Below, piece after piece: positions 19,113 through 28,754 of a stretch of DNA of 64,000 bases (the stretch's first letter is position 1; every line of letters starts with the position of its first letter). The stretch is from IMG/VR virus record IMGVR_UViG_3300013005_000033, positions 1 to 64,000 of that record; one strand, 5' to 3'. Made by a program: the position numbers and the translations under genes. The notes under the pieces were generated by a model, which saw nothing but the letters and a program-made list of their open reading frames with translations, did not search any database and was not told the origin of the DNA. Origin of the DNA: an uncultured virus (IMG/VR IMGVR_UViG_3300013005_000033). Its lineage: Duplodnaviria; Heunggongvirae; Uroviricota; Caudoviricetes.

Positions 19113-21683
19113 TCAAATAGGAGACTCCATTATTTGCAACCTGGGGTCGTTTTTCTTGTCGGCAGGCACGACCTTGTATCGTATCGCCTTGGGAGGAGAC
19201 TCAAAAGTATAGGATTTAAATCCTGAGCCGGGGCGCGTCAGCCTCATTCTCATAAAATGGCCACGGTTCTGCTCCTCGTTCCAATACTCTAGCTCTTCCT
19301 TGAATCTCGTGTAGTCCTCAGACCAGAATGTGACAACCTCCACATTCCAATCCTCATCCTCCACAAGTACAAAGTGGTACTTGTTGCCCTTCTTTGAGCT
19401 CTTTTCCTGAGGCCTTTTGACGATCATCACCTCCACGCCGGCATTCACTATGTCGTCGTTCTCCTTGAATATTCCAAAAGAATGGCCGCCTATGTAGTCA
19501 GGGCTCTTCTGTATGGGGTGCTCCCAACTGAACCCGTAGTGGCGCCTTTCCAACTCAAATATATTGGGCCATTTATCTAGGGGGTATCTGTTCTGAGGGT
19601 TCCAGTTCTCCAAAGATATTGAATTTGACTTGCTGAAGTTGGCCTTGTGTTCAAAATCAAGAACGGACTTCGCATACTTCTTAACAATGACAAAAACATC
19701 AGAGGTGTCAAATTCGGGCGATATTGCAGTCTTCATAGGCGACGCGTCGCCGCCCTCAAAGACCCTCATCAGAAAATCATGGTCAAGATAGGAGTCAGAT
19801 CCCTCCCTCAGCATGGATCGTATGGACTGTTTGAGCTCATCACGGCGCTTCATCTGCCTTTTTTCTTTGTCGATGTTGCCCTTGGACCATTTTTTATAAT
19901 CCTCATAAAACTCAAGCAGAACATTGGGAGGCGCGTCTTTGAAAACGCCAAGGCAAATAAGCGGCTCTACTATTCTCTTGTCCGTGCCGAACCTGTCCAA
20001 AAAATCGGGGAAGCCGGAGAAAGGTTGCAACGATACTATCCTCTCAGCGACCTCCCTGCCTACGCCCTTAATGTTAGAGAAGCCGACATAGATCTCGTCG
20101 CCGACAATCTCGTAGTTGACCTTGCTCTTGTTGAGGTCGCATCGGTTAATCTTTATTCCGCTGCGTTCCGCTTCCCTCTTGTACATCTTCACCTTGTCCT
20201 CGTCTCCTTCAAGGCCAAGCGTGGAGCAGAAGAACTCAAGAGGATAGTGAGCCTTTAAATAAAGAAGCCTAGAGGATGTAAATGTATAGGCCACTGAATG
20301 GCTTCGATTAAATCCGTACGAAGCGAAGGATTCTATCAAGTTGAAAAGAAAGTTCATGTTCCTTTCGTCATCGGACTCTATCGGCCAACCAGTCTTCTTG
20401 CTGCCGTTCTCAAGGAACATCTGCTTGTACTTGATGAATTCGGCCGTCTTCTTTTTGCTGATTGCCTTTCTGATTTTCTCACAGTGGATGAGGGGAATGT
20501 CGCCAAGGATGTTCAATATCTTCATGACCTGCTCTTGATAAACAAGAACACCGTAGGTTCTCTCGAGAACATCCCTTATGCAACTTGGAACTTGATCCTC
20601 CCAGTCCTCCTTTCCCCTCTTTCTCTCCACATACCTTTCGTGCATCTTCATGCCAAGCGGGCCGGGTCTAAAAAGAGCAGAATAGGCGACGAGATCCTCA
20701 AATCTCTCAACTCCACCAGCTTTTATAAGCTTTCTCATTCCCTCGCCGTCGAACTGGAATATGCCTCTGGTCTCAGCCCTATTTGCAAGCTCCAAGGATT
20801 TTGGATCATTCAGATACGAAGTATCGCTCCAGTCAGACCCGCCAGGGACAGCAGAAATGCTCGCGATATCGGGATGTCTGGTCTTTACAAGATTGCAGCA
20901 GTGGGCGATTCTTAAAAGATCCTTCACCGCCAACACGTCAAACTTGATGAGTCCGACAGGTTGAAGGTCTTGGTCGTGCAAGCCTTCAGTCCACCCCGAG
21001 ACGGGGTTGCCATCGGTATCAATCATGACCGGCACAAGGTCAGATATGTTTATGTTAGAGACCACAGTGCCGCCGGCGTGCTTGCCGCGACCCCTGTTCC
21101 TGTCTATAAGGCGGCGGGCTGCGTCTGCTATCTCGGGATTGCGCTCACAGTAGGAAGAAAGGTCGGGCGTGGCTTCCAAGGCCTTCTCCCAAGTAAGAGG
21201 GCGACCTTCTTCGTCTTTATCTTGAAGATTTTTGGTTATGGTCTGAATTTCTTGGTAGTCGGCACCGTGAACCCTCGCCATGTCCAAAAGGGCAGACTTG
21301 ATTCCAAAGGTTCCGTAATTACCTATATTAACAACCTTATCCCGGCCAAACCTCCTAGGACACCAGTCCTTTCTCAAGTATTCTTGAACAACCGGGAGGT
21401 AGTCCACGTCTATGTCAGGAAATTCGCCTTGGACATAAGCAGGCTCGGAAGCGATGTCAAATTCATCGGTCAGCCCCAAGAGGTACGGAACAAGCAGATT
21501 ATTCTCATTTTTCTTGAATTTGGCTCGTTTTTCTACAAGTTCCAAAAAATACTCATGTTCCGCTTGATTGTCTATTTCTTTTATTTCAGATTTGAGCCGA
21601 TCCTTGAAATCTTTAGGATCAAGGCCTCTTTTGGAAATGCCGTCTATGCAAAGCTTGAGCAGTTTCTCTCTAGAATCTTCCAT
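19113..21683 (-). CDS. dnaE: DNA polymerase III alpha, catalytic part (no PHP domain)
   Basis: FPDIDVD, GKHAGG, GLIKFDVL, GIFQF, LFRPGP, YQEQVM, YGFNRSHS. Confidence 0.93.
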   Translation of the reverse strand: MEDSREKLLKLCIDGISKRGLDPKDFKDRLKSEIKEIDNQAEHEYFLELVEKRAKFKKNENNLLVPYLLGLTDEFDIASEPAYVQGEFPDIDVDYLPVVQEYLRKDWCPRRFGRDKVVNIGNYGTFGIKSALLDMARVHGADYQEIQTITKNLQDKDEEGRPLTWEKALEATPDLSSYCERNPEIADAARRLIDRNRGRGKHAGGTVVSNINISDLVPVMIDTDGNPVSGWTEGLHDQDLQPVGLIKFDVLAVKDLLRIAHCCNLVKTRHPDIASISAVPGGSDWSDTSYLNDPKSLELANRAETRGIFQFDGEGMRKLIKAGGVERFEDLVAYSALFRPGPLGMKMHERYVERKRGKEDWEDQVPSCIRDVLERTYGVLVYQEQVMKILNILGDIPLIHCEKIRKAISKKKTAEFIKYKQMFLENGSKKTGWPIESDDERNMNFLFNLIESFASYGFNRSHSVAYTFTSSRLLYLKAHYPLEFFCSTLGLEGDEDKVKMYKREAERSGIKINRCDLNKSKVNYEIVGDEIYVGFSNIKGVGREVAERIVSLQPFSGFPDFLDRFGTDKRIVEPLICLGVFKDAPPNVLLEFYEDYKKWSKGNIDKEKRQMKRRDELKQSIRSMLREGSDSYLDHDFLMRVFEGGDASPMKTAISPEFDTSDVFVIVKKYAKSVLDFEHKANFSKSNSISLENWNPQNRYPLDKWPNIFELERRHYGFSWEHPIQKSPDYIGGHSFGIFKENDDIVNAGVEVMIVKRPQEKSSKKGNKYHFVLVEDEDWNVEVVTFWSEDYTRFKEELEYWNEEQNRGHFMRMRLTRPGSGFKSYTFESPPKAIRYKVVPADKKNDPRLQIMESPI

Positions 21684-21689
21684 GCCTTG

Positions 21690-21718
21690 ATTCTACACGA
21701 ATGATCTCGCCGGTGCAA
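21690..21718 (-). promoter_or_regulatory. Sigma70-like promoter for the dnaE catalytic gene
   Basis: TTGCAC-17 nt-TAGAAT, ending 6 nt before the ATG. Confidence 0.6.
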
Positions 21719-21773
21719 GCTCGAAGGCTTTAAAAAAGCTGCGGGGGCTATCTATATAACTAGCGATTCAAAA

Positions 21774-23195
21774 ATGGAGCTAAAAATGGCAAAATTACCA
21801 TCTTTCCTAGAGTACTTGAACGACAAGGGCGCCGTGGTGGAGAAACCAGAAACGGAGACTGTGTCGGACTACAACGGTCCGGACGAAAAGAGCCCTCCGA
21901 ACAGCAAGGTTCCGTACAAGACACCGGTGGCGAACAAGGCCGCGGAAAAGGGAGAGAGCGGACTGGCCGAGCTCGGCGACAAGGCTCTGAAGTACGAGCC
22001 GAAAGTAGACGCAAAGACCGAGGTCAAGAAAGAGGTAATGAAGGAATATGTCGACGAAAACGGAAAGGTCGGCAAGCCAAAGGTAGACATAAACGCCAAG
22101 TATACAGGCAAGGTTCCGGAGTGCCCGCCGGGCAAGGGATCAAAGCCGTACATAAGTCCCGCCATCAAAACAGGAAAGTCCGAAAAAGGGTTGGGGGAGC
22201 TTGGACACAAAGAATTTGAATACAATCCGGACACCAAGGCTGCGTCCAAGGTTACAAAAACAGAAAATTTCTTAAACAAAACAAAGGGAATGTCGCTGGC
22301 TGAGTTCACAAAGTACATGATGGACGAGTGCGGCTGCGGACAAGTAGACGACGATACGCTGCCTTTCATAACAGCATACACCACCGGAAAATTTCAACCT
22401 CACCCCCCGGAAGTGATAAGATATGTTTCGGTTCTTGCCGACAAGAATCAAGGCATACTCAACAATCTTGTTTCAACCATGATAAGCATGGGGTATTTAA
22501 ACAAACTTCTAAAAGCCATATTTGAGCACCCAGAGGCCTACGAAGAGTTGACAAATCTGCTCAACGACGATGAAGAGGGGCCGTCCAGGTGCGACTCTCT
22601 CGTTGGATCAATAAATAATGCTTATTCAAAATTCGTCTCGGATCAAGAGGGAATGTATGAGTCCGTGAGTTCTCCGGTAGGATTCGATATGGATGACATG
22701 GACACAGAAGAATCGGACTCCACGGAAGATGAAGAAAGTGAGATTGACGATGAGCAAGAGGATTCCGAGGATTCCGACTTCGAAGACGAGGAAGATTCCG
22801 ACTTCGAAGACGAGGAAGATTCCGACTTCGAAGACGAAGGCGAGGAAGATTCCGACTTCGAAGACGAAGGCGAGGAAGATTCCGACTTCGAAGACGAAGG
22901 CGAGGAAGAAATTGCTCCAAAAAGCGAAAAGAAACTAAAAAAGAAGTTTGCTCACCATCACATCTTGGATGCCATGAGGAAGCATGGACACATGATGAGT
23001 GCGATGCAGTCAGAGTCGGTAGACAGAGAGGCCCAACTCAAGAGAATGCTGAGCCAGGTTAAGCGAGACCCCAAAATGGACAAATTCTTCTACCTGATGC
23101 CAGGGAAGTGCCCTCTGTGCGGGAAAAGAAAGAAGTCGGGAGATCCTTGCAATAATCCAGAATGCAAGGAAAGCTACGACAGAATCGAGAAGTAA
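21774..23195 (+). CDS. Large protein with acidic repeats, possibly head-internal or scaffold-like
   Basis: KLPSFLEYLND N-terminus, internally duplicated N-region, EDSDFEDE repeats, C-terminal CPLC..C..C. Confidence 0.75.
   Translation: MELKMAKLPSFLEYLNDKGAVVEKPETETVSDYNGPDEKSPPNSKVPYKTPVANKAAEKGESGLAELGDKALKYEPKVDAKTEVKKEVMKEYVDENGKVGKPKVDINAKYTGKVPECPPGKGSKPYISPAIKTGKSEKGLGELGHKEFEYNPDTKAASKVTKTENFLNKTKGMSLAEFTKYMMDECGCGQVDDDTLPFITAYTTGKFQPHPPEVIRYVSVLADKNQGILNNLVSTMISMGYLNKLLKAIFEHPEAYEELTNLLNDDEEGPSRCDSLVGSINNAYSKFVSDQEGMYESVSSPVGFDMDDMDTEESDSTEDEESEIDDEQEDSEDSDFEDEEDSDFEDEEDSDFEDEGEEDSDFEDEGEEDSDFEDEGEEEIAPKSEKKLKKKFAHHHILDAMRKHGHMMSAMQSESVDREAQLKRMLSQVKRDPKMDKFFYLMPGKCPLCGKRKKSGDPCNNPECKESYDRIEK
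22768..22908. repeat. 24/30-bp coding tandem repeat GAGGAAGATTCCGACTTCGAAGAC(GAAGGC)
   Basis: About 5 copies visible. Confidence 0.9.
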
Positions 23196-23231
23196 AACAA
23201 GTGCCCGCAATGACTTGCGGGCACTTGTTTT
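23194..23231. terminator. Bidirectional intrinsic terminator
   Basis: AAAACAAGTGCCCGCAA-TGAC-TTGCGGGCACTTGTTTT perfect hairpin between convergent genes. Confidence 0.9.
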
Positions 23232-23234
23232 TAA

Positions 23235-23516
23235 TCAAGGCGTGAGAAGGCCAGAATTGGGCAAAATGATTGCGCCTATTTGATTCAAATAGGAATTCTT
23301 GATTTCGTCCTCGGGCTCTGCTTCAAAAAGAACATTTTGGGCAGAAATTTCATAATCTTCGCTCTTGGCGAAGGGACAGAGCGGCATAGAGGCCAAGCCT
23401 TCTCTAGAAAAAATAAGCCTGTGGGGCTTCTTGAGAACGACCACCTCTCCTTTTCTCTCTATCTCGCATATCACATCGTCTCCAGTAACCAATCTAATAA
23501 GTTTGATCATGTGCAT
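23235..23516 (-). CDS. Conserved phage hypothetical protein (Sm-like)
   Basis: IKLIRLVTGDDVICEI..LKKP..PF pattern resembling small proteins of T4-like phages. Confidence 0.65.
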   Translation of the reverse strand: MHMIKLIRLVTGDDVICEIERKGEVVVLKKPHRLIFSREGLASMPLCPFAKSEDYEISAQNVLFEAEPEDEIKNSYLNQIGAIILPNSGLLTP

Positions 23517-23558
23517 TCATTCTCCTTGATCTAATACAGTTCTTGGGAATCGTTTTCG

Positions 23559-24946
23559 CTAATCCAATATTTCTGGGTCAAAAGAAAAACGAAGCTTCAT
23601 CTGCTTGCCACCTCGGGCTGGACTTAAAAACCTCGAGAAAAGAAGATCGTGCTCTATGGGGTCAACATCCGTTATGCCCAGACAATAACAAACCAAAGCC
23701 CCCACGGCAGAACCTCGGCCAGGACCCACCGCTTCAGATCCGTCACCATATCCAAGAAGTTGCCTAGAAACCCTCCTGGCCTCATCGGTCATCATCTTTT
23801 GAATGATGAAGTATGATGCGAAGCCCTTGCTACATATGAGGTCATACTCCTCCTTGATCCTACCCATATATGTCGCGTTACGGGGAAGCCGCCTCTTCTT
23901 GAAGCCAATTGAAATATATTCAAGGAGTTTCTGTTCGGCATCCTCTATGTAGGGCAACTTGACGGAGCGGTCCAGCTTAACACCCTTGGCCCGCTCGGCA
24001 ACCTTGACCGTGTTCCGCTTGGCCTCCTCAAAGAACTCAAGCGGTATCGTTTCGCTGTAGTCCGAGGCCCATTTTTCGTTGAGTTCCTCCTCGCTCTTCA
24101 TCCAGAGGTTCGTGTCTTGGAGTTCAAACAAGTCGGAAGTGTCCTCCCTGTCCATCTTCTCCTGTATCTCCTGGAGGGTCTTGCGAGTCTGCACCATGAG
24201 CATGAGACGCTGCATCTTGCTATCCTCGCGCTGGGCGTAGTGACAGTCCTGCGTCAATATTACTGGGAGCCCGTACCTCTCGTGGGCCCTGATTATGAAC
24301 TGGTTGTAGGGCTTCTGCTTGCTGAAGTCCAGAAGCATGATCTCAAGGAAGAAGTTGTCCTTGCCGAACATGCCGATGTACTTCTCAACCATAGTAAAGC
24401 CCTCGTCGTCGCCTCCTCGCTCAAACGCCTGGCCGATCTCGGAGTTATAGCAGCAAGAGGTAAATATAATCCCCTCCTTGTGCTTCAAGAGCATCTCGTG
24501 GTTGACCCTTGGCTTGTAGTAGAAGCCTCGCGTCCACGCCAATGACGAGAGATTCACTAGGTTGCTATAGCCCTTCTGAGAGGTAGCGATGGCTAGCAGA
24601 TGGTAACTCTTACCGAGCTTCTTCTTTTCCTCGGGGCTCATATCCTCCGTGCGTTCCGAGGTCTTCTCGCCCGGATTCAGTTCGGGCTGCATCGGAGAGA
24701 CATATAATTCGCAACCAAATATAGGATCCCTGCCGTACTCCTCGCAGGCTTGTATCTGCCTCGGCACGGCACCCATGGAGCCATGGTCGGTCACACAGAG
24801 AAAATTTTGATTTATTTCCTTGGCTCGGCTCGCCATTTCATGGCAGGTTCCGAAACCGTCCAAGACACTGAAATCCGTGACGGCTAGTGCAGGTGAAGAT
24901 GTTCAAATCCGACAATCTTCACCTGCGAGCCCCCTTTCTCTATCAT
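23559..24946 (-). CDS. dnaE: DNA polymerase III alpha, N-terminal PHP part; frame interrupted by 8 nt at 24879-24886
   Basis: HLHLH | TDFSVLDG, VTDHG, GCELY, FYYKPR, DCHY, GPGRGSAVG, LLFSRFL. Confidence 0.88.
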
Positions 24947-24996
24947 TTTAGGTTCCTTTAAGTTGATAATAGCCATCAAATTCTACGAATCTATGT

Positions 24997-26316
24997 CTAC
25001 TTAGTCCAGAGCACGGGACATCTATTTTTTTCCTCTTCAGTCATATCCTTGTTATTCCTAGCAAGATTTTCTAGGGCATTTTCAACCCTCACTGTATTTT
25101 CGCCGTTTTCAGAAAATGACTTTTCGTGACTAGCATGAAATCCCTTTCTGACGAAGGAGGCTTTTTTTCTTTTTTCTGGTGTGGCTTCTTGCAAGTCAAA
25201 ACCTATCAATCGAGCCAGATGAGTTATCTTTGATATGTTGCTCATGGCACAATTAGTATTGTTTTGTTTGCCATCCTTATCGTCATAGAAAAAAGCACTT
25301 CTGCCCTTATTGTTTTTCAAGAATTTTTCAGTGAAGTCTTTTATTCTTGATACTGGGACTCCCAAGTTGGACAAGTGAATCTTAGCTATCAGCCACCATC
25401 TGAAGTTAACCTCAGCAGGAATGATTCTTTTTCCAACGACCTCTTCAAATATCTGATTGTAAAATTGAGTTGCGTTTTCAACCATGTTCTCGAATTGATC
25501 AAGTTTTTTGTCAAACTCTTCATGATCAAATTCTTTCAGAATTTTCGTCAAAGAAGACTCCAAAGCAAGAGAATTTTTATCCTTGTATATGGGCTCTGCC
25601 ACTCTGTAACTCTTTGTGGTTTTATCCTTAGAAATGAACTTCAGAAAAATTGACAAATTGTCCCTTTTTTCTTTATGTTCCCTTATTCTCTTTTGGGCTT
25701 TGCTTTTTTTACAACCAACATTCAACACCGCCTTTTTAACTATTTCATGAATTCTGTTGAGCCTATGCTGCCAGAAGGAGCTAAACTCAGACAATTCTTG
25801 GCAAAATACGGTCTTGCCCAATTCAAAAGGAGTTGTAATCGTACCTTTATTGGCTCCGACAAAGCCACTTATTGCTTGCTCTATATTTTCATATTCTACC
25901 CGTTGAACTTCTAGTTTAATTTCTTGCATCATATCCTTGAAGTCTTTTGACTTTCCTTGATCAAACATTTTCTTAAACTTGTTTTGGAATCTCAAAGATT
26001 CACATATTTGCTTTATTGAAAAAAAAGTTCTCTGCAATCCGTCATTGACATATATGACATCTTCTCCTTTATAGTTATAAACTTGTATGGTGCCTGTCAT
26101 CTGGCCGCCACCCTCATTATAAAATTTGATTAGGTCTGCGTAATAGTCTTTTATTGCCTTTTCATCCCAGGCTCGCTCCCTCTGATGTTCTGGGGCTCTC
26201 CATATGTTGGGTCTGGAGGGGTACTTCTTTCCCTCCTCACTATAAATTTCGCCCGGATGAATATTTGTAAAGCATTCCCATAAAGAAAACATTGTATTCG
26301 AAATGACTCTGGTCAT
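24997..26316 (-). CDS. DUF262/ParB-like (GmrSD-type) protein with a possible C-terminal HNH-like motif
   Basis: PEHQRERAW, GTI, VNDGLQR; C-terminal HASH..N..N; visibly AT-rich. Confidence 0.6.
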   Translation of the reverse strand: MTRVISNTMFSLWECFTNIHPGEIYSEEGKKYPSRPNIWRAPEHQRERAWDEKAIKDYYADLIKFYNEGGGQMTGTIQVYNYKGEDVIYVNDGLQRTFFSIKQICESLRFQNKFKKMFDQGKSKDFKDMMQEIKLEVQRVEYENIEQAISGFVGANKGTITTPFELGKTVFCQELSEFSSFWQHRLNRIHEIVKKAVLNVGCKKSKAQKRIREHKEKRDNLSIFLKFISKDKTTKSYRVAEPIYKDKNSLALESSLTKILKEFDHEEFDKKLDQFENMVENATQFYNQIFEEVVGKRIIPAEVNFRWWLIAKIHLSNLGVPVSRIKDFTEKFLKNNKGRSAFFYDDKDGKQNNTNCAMSNISKITHLARLIGFDLQEATPEKRKKASFVRKGFHASHEKSFSENGENTVRVENALENLARNNKDMTEEEKNRCPVLWTK

Positions 26317-26429
26317 GTCTGATCCTATTGAGTAGAGTGGCGATGACTAAGTGAGAGCATACACTATTTTCTAGTGCATTTCAATAAGAAAACCAAAAAG
26401 CACATAGCCGTGATAAGACTACCAGTGAA

Positions 26430-26735
26430 CTACGGCAAAAAGCCCAAAGCCAAAGCCCTCATTGCGAAATCTTTGGGGACATCCAAACATTTATCGCCCC
26501 ATATATTTCTTATTCTCACCACGCCTTCGGGTAAAAACATGGCTCCTCCCGGGGGCGGGAGGTCGGAGCGGCATTCCTTCTCGCAGTTGACAATCGCATT
26601 CAACTTCATTCCCAAGGTCTCACAATAGTCGCACAGAGCCTTGTCGTGCGTCTGGAGTCGCGGAAGCGAAGATCTGATCGCATAGAACTTGGCCTTGACC
26701 AGTTCATGCAACTTTTCCATCAACTCTTGTTCCAT
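26430..26735 (-). CDS. Paralog-family protein (KALVLG motif)
   Basis: Ends VPKDFAMRALALGFLP. Confidence 0.7.
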   Translation of the reverse strand: MEQELMEKLHELVKAKFYAIRSSLPRLQTHDKALCDYCETLGMKLNAIVNCEKECRSDLPPPGGAMFLPEGVVRIRNIWGDKCLDVPKDFAMRALALGFLP

Positions 26736-26760
26736 CACGGAATCTCCACGATGGCTGGGC

Positions 26761-28026
26761 CTAGAACAACTCTTTGATGACCTTGCCGGAGTTGGCAATC
26801 TTCATCGGGCGGCCGTTCTTGGCGGTGAATGTAGTCTCAAGAGATATCCCAAGAGACTTCAAGACGCTGGCCATGACGTCTTGGGACGAGTAGGGTTCGG
26901 TAACCACTTCCTTGCCGTCGGAGCTTGTTTCGCCGACCACCACGCCGCGCTTGAAGCCGGCGCCACCGACCACCACGCTCCAGCTCCTCGCCCAGTGATC
27001 CCGGCCGCCGTTGCCGTTGATATTGGGCGTACGGCCGAATTCTCCCATCCAGATGATGGCCGTGTCGTCCAGCATTCCCCGATCTGAAAGATCCGACACC
27101 AGGGCGGACATGGCTTTGTCCAATTCTGGGAGTTTTTGGTCGGACAGGGTGGGAAATATATCGGCATGGTTGTCCCAGCCGCCGAGATCAACCTCCACGA
27201 AGGGAACACCGGCCTCCACGAGCCTACGGGCGAGCAGACAGCCCCGGCCGAAGCCGGTGGCTCCATACCTATCTTGAACCTCCTTGGGCTCCTTGGCAAC
27301 CTTAAAGGCCTCCATTTGCTCGCTTGTCATGAGCCTCACGGTCTTGTCAATCACCTTCTTGTGATCCTCGGCGAAGCCGCCGCGCCTCTCGCCTATAAAC
27401 TTGTCTTCTATAGTCCCTAGCATCTTCAGTCGCTGTTCTATACGGGACGGATCAATCCCCATGTCAAGGTCTCTAACCTGGCCGTTGGAATTGACAACGA
27501 ACGGCGCCCAAGTCATACCCAGGAAGCCGGGGCCGACGCTCCCGCCGCCCACGGAAACAAAAGGCGGAATCTCAAGATTTGAGATCTGCTCGGAAAGTTC
27601 GTGCGAGATTACGGATCCATACCCCGGGTGTTCTATGTTGGGATTCGGCACATATCCCGTGTGCATGTAATAACGCCCTCGCATATGGTCGGCCTCGCGC
27701 GTACTCATTGACCGCACTATTGACATATGGTGCATCTGCTTGGACATCAGCGGAAGGTGCTCACAAATGGCTATTCCTTCTGCGCTGGTGGATATCTGCT
27801 TGAATGGGCCACCGGTCGCAGATCCGGGCTTCAAATCCCAAAGATCCATTGTGCTAGGTCCGCCGCCCATCCATAACAAAATTGCAGCCTTGTGCCGCTT
27901 CTTGATGTCAGCTGCATTTGCAAGGAGCGAATTGGTGAATGCCATTGCGGGCGCCGCCATCGCAGTCGCTCCCGCAAGGTGACTCATAAAATGGCGTCGG
28001 CTCATTCCGTCTGGTGTTTGAAGCAT
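26761..28026 (-). CDS. DUF1501 family protein with Tat-type leader
   Basis: SRRHF, LWMGGGPS..D.WD.KP, FGRGCLLARRLVEAGVPFVEV, GGWDNH, GEFGRTP, GRDHW. Confidence 0.92.
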   Translation of the reverse strand: MLQTPDGMSRRHFMSHLAGATAMAAPAMAFTNSLLANAADIKKRHKAAILLWMGGGPSTMDLWDLKPGSATGGPFKQISTSAEGIAICEHLPLMSKQMHHMSIVRSMSTREADHMRGRYYMHTGYVPNPNIEHPGYGSVISHELSEQISNLEIPPFVSVGGGSVGPGFLGMTWAPFVVNSNGQVRDLDMGIDPSRIEQRLKMLGTIEDKFIGERRGGFAEDHKKVIDKTVRLMTSEQMEAFKVAKEPKEVQDRYGATGFGRGCLLARRLVEAGVPFVEVDLGGWDNHADIFPTLSDQKLPELDKAMSALVSDLSDRGMLDDTAIIWMGEFGRTPNINGNGGRDHWARSWSVVVGGAGFKRGVVVGETSSDGKEVVTEPYSSQDVMASVLKSLGISLETTFTAKNGRPMKIANSGKVIKELF

Positions 28027-28062
28027 AGAATCATTCTCCTTGATTAATTCGTTGGTTAAGGA

Positions 28063-28602
28063 TTAAATTATTTCCCTACGGACAATGCATTCAAGGCAAG
28101 AGAATCCTAAGGCAAGAATCCTTTCGGCCAATATTTCTTCAGCATCCACTACGAGAACTCATGAGGCGGGAAAGTCTTTAAAGTACAGCTGGACCCACTT
28201 GTTGGCGGAGCCCAGAATCATGCGTCGTTCAAGAACTTCGGTCGCCCTAAATCCCAACTTGTACACAGCCTCGCACAGACCTTCGTATGTTATGGGACTA
28301 TTGTGGAAAGAAAAGCAAAGATCTTGCATGAAAGGACGAACTTTTCTGGGGGCCGATGACTTAAGCCAATCAATTGCGTCCCGAAAAAAACCCTCATCCC
28401 TAACGCAAGATGAAATCTTCTGAAGCATCTGCTCGTCCGTCAAGGCGGGCTGTGCAGGTTGTGCAGGGTTGCTTGTCCAAGTGGTATTTTTGTACTCCCA
28501 AGTAAAATTTTTGTTGTCATATATTTTTTTCATTTTTTTTTCAATCGGCATAGAATTATCTTGCCAAGTAGTGGCAATGTGAAAAATATCAAACTCATTC
28601 AT
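28063..28602 (-). pseudogene. Paralog-family gene with an in-frame TGA at 28159-28161
   Basis: The frame continues past the stop as VLVVDAEEILAERILALGF. Confidence 0.55.
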
Positions 28603-28754
28603 AAAACCTCCTCGTTGATCAGGCATAATTCAAAGCCAATCAACATGTCCCATCTCTTTAATAATTTGCTAGAGTTCTCTCGCCGCATCCTTGGCAAAAC
28701 GAACACATTTTCAAAGAACATGTTAAAATATTTTATGCAAAATGAACAAAGCCG

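Noticed and set aside
19647..21704. Long plus-strand ORFs opposite dnaE (similar ones lie opposite prkA, yeaH and DUF1501)
   Set aside because: Antisense shadows of conserved genes, with no motifs.
22768..22908. Possible CRISPR array (also 1-165)
   Set aside because: The repeats are contiguous, have no unique spacers, have lengths that are multiples of 3 and lie in coding frames; no cas genes are present.
21600..23650. Split intein joining the two DnaE parts
   Set aside because: No Cys-initiated N-intein after the PHP part and no HN-C/S C-intein before the catalytic part.
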